Source: Squalus acanthias | Lineage: Eukaryota | Reading direction: 5' to 3' | Length of the DNA: 64,000 bases | Assembly: GCA_030390025.1 (NCBI GenBank) | Contig: CM059432.1 | Location: forward strand, 7,378,001-7,442,000 | Shown: positions 62,668 to 64,000 of the stretch, one piece after another | Layout of the letters: every line of letters begins with the position of its first letter | Position numbering within the stretch: position 1 is the stretch's first letter | Notes under the pieces: generated by a model | Database searches by the model: none | Told to the model about the DNA's origin: nothing | Seen by the model: only the letters and a program-made list of their open reading frames with translations | Made by a program: the position numbers and the translations under genes

Positions 62668-63133
62668 GTAGTGGGGAAACTTTCACAGAGACAATAATCC
62701 AAGACAAAATTACTTGTCACTTGGAAAAATATGAGTTAATAAATGACAGGCAGCGCAGATTAGTTAAAGGCAAATCGTGTTTGACTAACTCGATTTGAGT
62801 TCTTTGATAAAGTAACGGAGAGGGTGGATGAGTGTAGTGCGGTTGATGTTGTGTATATGGACTTTCAAAAGGCGCTTCATAAAGTTCCACATAATAAGTT
62901 AGCAAAATTAAAGCCCATGGGATTAAAGTGGATACGTAATTAGCTAAGGGACAGAAAGCAGAGAGGAGTGGAGAACGGTTGTTTTTCAGACTGGAGGGAA
63001 GAATACAATGGTGTCCCCCAGGGGTCGGTATTAGGATCACTGCTCTTTTTGATATATATTAATGACCTGGACTTGGGTATACAGGGTATAATTTCAAAGT
63101 TTGCAGATGACACAAAACGAGGAAATGTAGTAA

Positions 63134-64000
63134 ACATAGAAACATAGAAGATAGGAGCAGGAGTAGGCCATTCAATGATCTTCCAAATTCAGAACCCTGT
63201 CCCTGCTTTCTCCCCATATCCTTTGATCCCTTTAGCCTTAAGAAATATATCCAACTCCTTCTTGAATATATTTAATGAATTGGCCTCTACTGCCTTCTGT
63301 GGTAGAGAATTCCAAAGGTTCACCACTCTCTGTCCTAAATGGCTTACCCCTTATCCTTAGACTGTGACCCCTGGTTCTGGACTCCCCGACCATCGGGAAC
63401 ATCCTTCCTGTATCTAGTCTGTCCAGTCCTTTCAGAATTTTATAAGTTTCAATGAGATCCCCTCTCATTCTTCGAAACTCCAGCGAGTATAAGCCCAATT
63501 GACCCAATCTCTCCTCATACGTCATTCCTGCCATCCCAGGTATCAGCCTGGTGAATCTTCGCTAAACTTCTTCCATGGCAAGAACATCCTTCCTCAGATA
63601 AGGCGACCAAAACTGCACACAATACTCAAGGTGTGGTCTCACCAAGGCCCTGTACAACTGCAGCAAGACATCCTTGTTCCTGTACTCAAACCCTCTCGCT
63701 ACGAAGGCCAACATACCATTTGCCTTCTTAACCGCCTGCTGCAACTGCATGCTTACCTTCAGCGACTGGTGCACAAGGACACCCAGGTCTTGTTGCACTT
63801 CCCCTTCTCCCAATCTATTGCCATTCAGATAATAATCTGCCTTCCTGTTTTTGACACCAAAGTGGATAACCTCGCATTTATCCACGTTATATTGCATCTG
63901 CCATGCTTCTGCCCAATCACCCAACCTGTCCAAATCATACTGGAGTTTCTCGGCATCCTCCTCACAGCACACACGCCCACCCAGCTTTGTGTCATCTGCA
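63134..64000 (-). mobile_element. CR1 LINE 3' fragment, same subfamily as 36817-38225, runs off the window
   Basis: High identity to ~36830-37760 with small deletions. Confidence 0.9.

Larger units (their letters stand above)
57420..63133 (+). mobile_element. Old CR1 split into four pieces by nested insertions
   Basis: Pieces 57420-57637, 59252-59641, 61620-61850 and 62668-63133 read colinearly (APWMTK, LNEYFATVFT, PEDWRIANV, QGSVLG, FADD). Confidence 0.75.

Overview
Eukaryotic, repeat-dominated DNA. The repeat landscape (CR1 and L2 LINEs, Deu-domain tRNA SINEs, Penelope-like elements) fits a cartilaginous fish intron or intergenic region; that attribution is inference. I could not identify a host protein-coding gene, only two weak candidate micro-exons. 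The most coherent system is a PIF/Harbinger DNA transposon family. It comprises one 4.1-kb full-length but decayed element (29479-33577) with convergent DDE transposase and three-exon Myb/SANT-like genes, plus six ~890-bp non-autonomous copies that share one internal deletion junction. Most insertions hit an AGHY-WTA-G target, which CR1 3' microsatellite tails supply in tandem. Other notable items: minimal hammerhead ribozyme motifs in five Penelope-like 3' ends; an LTR-Penelope chimera bounded by one 8-bp TSD; an APE+RT LINE whose 5' and 3' ends match a tRNA-headed SINE; four solo LTRs; and multi-level nested insertions. Repeat family names are from recollection and need Dfam/Repbase confirmation. 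Boundaries without a TSD are approximate.
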